From: Salpingoeca rosetta
Lineage: Eukaryota; Protista; Choanoflagellata
DNA length: 64,000 bases
Direction: 5' to 3'
Assembly: GCA_033442325.1 (NCBI GenBank)
Contig: JAWQFM010000014.1
Coordinates: forward strand, 1,528,095 to 1,592,094
Part shown: piece after piece, positions 57,320-64,000 of the stretch
How the letters are laid out: each line of letters begins with the position of its first letter
Position numbering within the stretch: the stretch's first letter is position 1
Program-made: the position numbers and the translations under genes
The notes under the pieces: generated by a model
Database searches by the model: none
The model's input: the letters and a program-made list of their open reading frames with translations, nothing else
Told to the model about the DNA's origin: nothing

Positions 57320-57992
57320 TTGTGGTTGTGGGTGCCGTTGCTCTCTGGACGAGGCACTGGCTGCACTTAAGTCGGCGCAGGGTGTGCTGGTGGCGGCGGT
57401 GGGGCCGGCACACCCCGAGGCGGCGGCGGTGGCGAAGGAGATGCGGAGGATCAGGGCACTGCAGCAGGATGGGGTGGGGGAGGGTGTGGTGGTGGGGGAT
57501 GTGGTGGGGGATGGCAAAGCGGAGAAGGAAGGGGAGGTGGTGATGCATGAAGAGGAGCTCGATGCGGAACATGGGGAGGAGACGAGGGATGGGGACAAGC
57601 CGCGAGAGGAAGAGAAGCAGCAAGAAGAAGAGGAGGAGGAGGTGGTGATGCAGGTGAAGGAAGGGGACAACGAAGAAGAGGGGAAAAAGGAAGAGGAGGA
57701 CACGGAAATGCACGCCATGATGAAGGCTGCGACCAATGGGGATGAGGATGACAACAAGGATGAGGAGGAGCACAAAGAAAAGAAGTCAGAGGAATCAAAG
57801 GGCGACAAATTGGAGCCACAGCAGCAGCAACAGTCACAACAGCACGTGTCCGGTGGAGTGTTGCAGCTTGAGGGCCACGACAATGTCGCGGACACCAGCA
57901 CTGACGATGTCACGCCAACGTCAAGCGCAGGAACACGGGGCAGCTGGAGACGCGCAAGTCACGCGATGCAGTCATGTTGTGTCCTCATGTGA
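57320..57992 (+). pseudogene. Orphan 3' coding fragment: TPR-like helix pair, acidic region, C-terminal CaaX (CCVLM)
   Basis: LDEALAALKSAQGVLVAAVGPAHPEAAAVAKEM resembles kinesin-light-chain-type TPR ends (..G..HP); the ORF ends QSCCVLM-stop; no convincing start exon was found. Confidence 0.4.
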
Positions 57993-58315
57993 CATTGTCG
58001 TTTTGGATGTGAATGAGCGTAGAGGTAGGCGTGTGTGTGAGTGTGTGTGATTGTGTGTTTGTGATTGTAAGCGACTCGGAGCACTTGATTGTGTGATTGT
58101 GATTGTGCTTGTAAGCGACTCGGAGCACTTGATTGCATGTGCCTGGCCGGGTTAAACGTTGTTGTGAACCATTTACATTGTTGATTGATTGATTGAAAGT
58201 TAGAAGAAGAGAAGTATAGAACGTTGCTTTTAGAGAACAACAGCAAGAACAAGAAGGTGAGACGTTTGCGTTTATCGCTCGTATCATACATACACACACG
58301 CCACAAATGAGCGTG

Positions 58316-63217
<4,902 letters not shown>

Positions 63218-63297
63218 CGCAGAGTGTTCGGCGGGGTTGTCTGCTGTGTGCTGCGATGGGCACTGGCAGCACGACACGACAAAAACAAACAGAGGCC

Positions 63298-63390
63298 ATG
63301 ATGGAGGACAGCGCTCCCCTGACTGTTGTGGAGACACTGCGCTCACTGGCGCAGCAACATGGCTTGGACGTTAAGGGCGGCAAGGTGTGC

Positions 63391-63434
<44 letters not shown>

Positions 63435-63454
63435 GTGTGTGCAGTGTGTTTGGG

Positions 63455-63540
<86 letters not shown>

Positions 63541-63936
63541 TGGAACTGCCCTTGTGATGTGCTGTTGCATTACTGACTGACAGCGGGCATACATGCGGTG
63601 AACGATTGCTGCATTGCAGATCCGCCGCACATCGTCGCGGTTCTGTTTCGGTGTCGAACATGGCGACTACAATGGAACAGAGCTCTTTGGCGTCGGGACA
63701 GGTGAGTGACCTGCTTGACCACATATGCGCGTGTGTGTTTGGATTCTTGTGTGTGTATGTGCGCGTGTACGTGCTGCGTGTACACCTGTCATGGCGCACG
63801 CTCATGCTTCATCTTTGGTGCGGATGCGAAGATCGTTTCATTTGGATGGCATACAAAAGCAACGACAGCAACACGCTGCGACTCGTGAGCCACAACTTCA
63901 TCGACGATGGCCTCATCTCCGTTGACCTGGGCAAGG
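63298..63936 (+). CDS. 5' part of a galactokinase-like GHMP kinase (continues beyond the window)
   Basis: Exons 63298-63384, 63620-63701, 63832-63936 give SSRFCFGVEHGDYNGTELFGVGTDRFIWMAY, resembling the GalK signature GRVNLIGEHxDYN. Confidence 0.65.
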
Positions 63937-63958
63937 TTGGGCGTGTGTGTGTGTGTGC

Positions 63959-64000
<42 letters not shown>

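Overview
Gene-dense, intron-rich eukaryotic DNA with (GT)n/(CA)n microsatellites in most introns and five N-gaps. The style and gene content fit a choanoflagellate, probably Salpingoeca rosetta (inferred, not verified). About 18 genes were reconstructed by hand from GT-AG junctions: a PH-SH2-CH scaffold, MALSU1/RsfS, KTI12, a PRMT-like methyltransferase, ACSBG, a SelJ/crystallin-J1-type ADP-ribosylglycohydrolase, Crk, POLR3H, two paralogous LRR receptor TKL kinases, a bacterial-type sirtuin, SLX9, TACO1, VTI1, CTU1, an LRR-like protein, a CaaX-ending fragment and the start of a galactokinase-like GHMP kinase. The top candidate for a new system is a chimeric gene at 45683-55012. A catalytically degenerate G6PD NADP-binding domain is spliced in frame to LRR, ankyrin, Roc-COR GTPase, TIR and SAM-like domains. 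It could be a pyridine-nucleotide-sensing TIR receptor, architecturally analogous to SARM1 or to integrated-decoy immune receptors.
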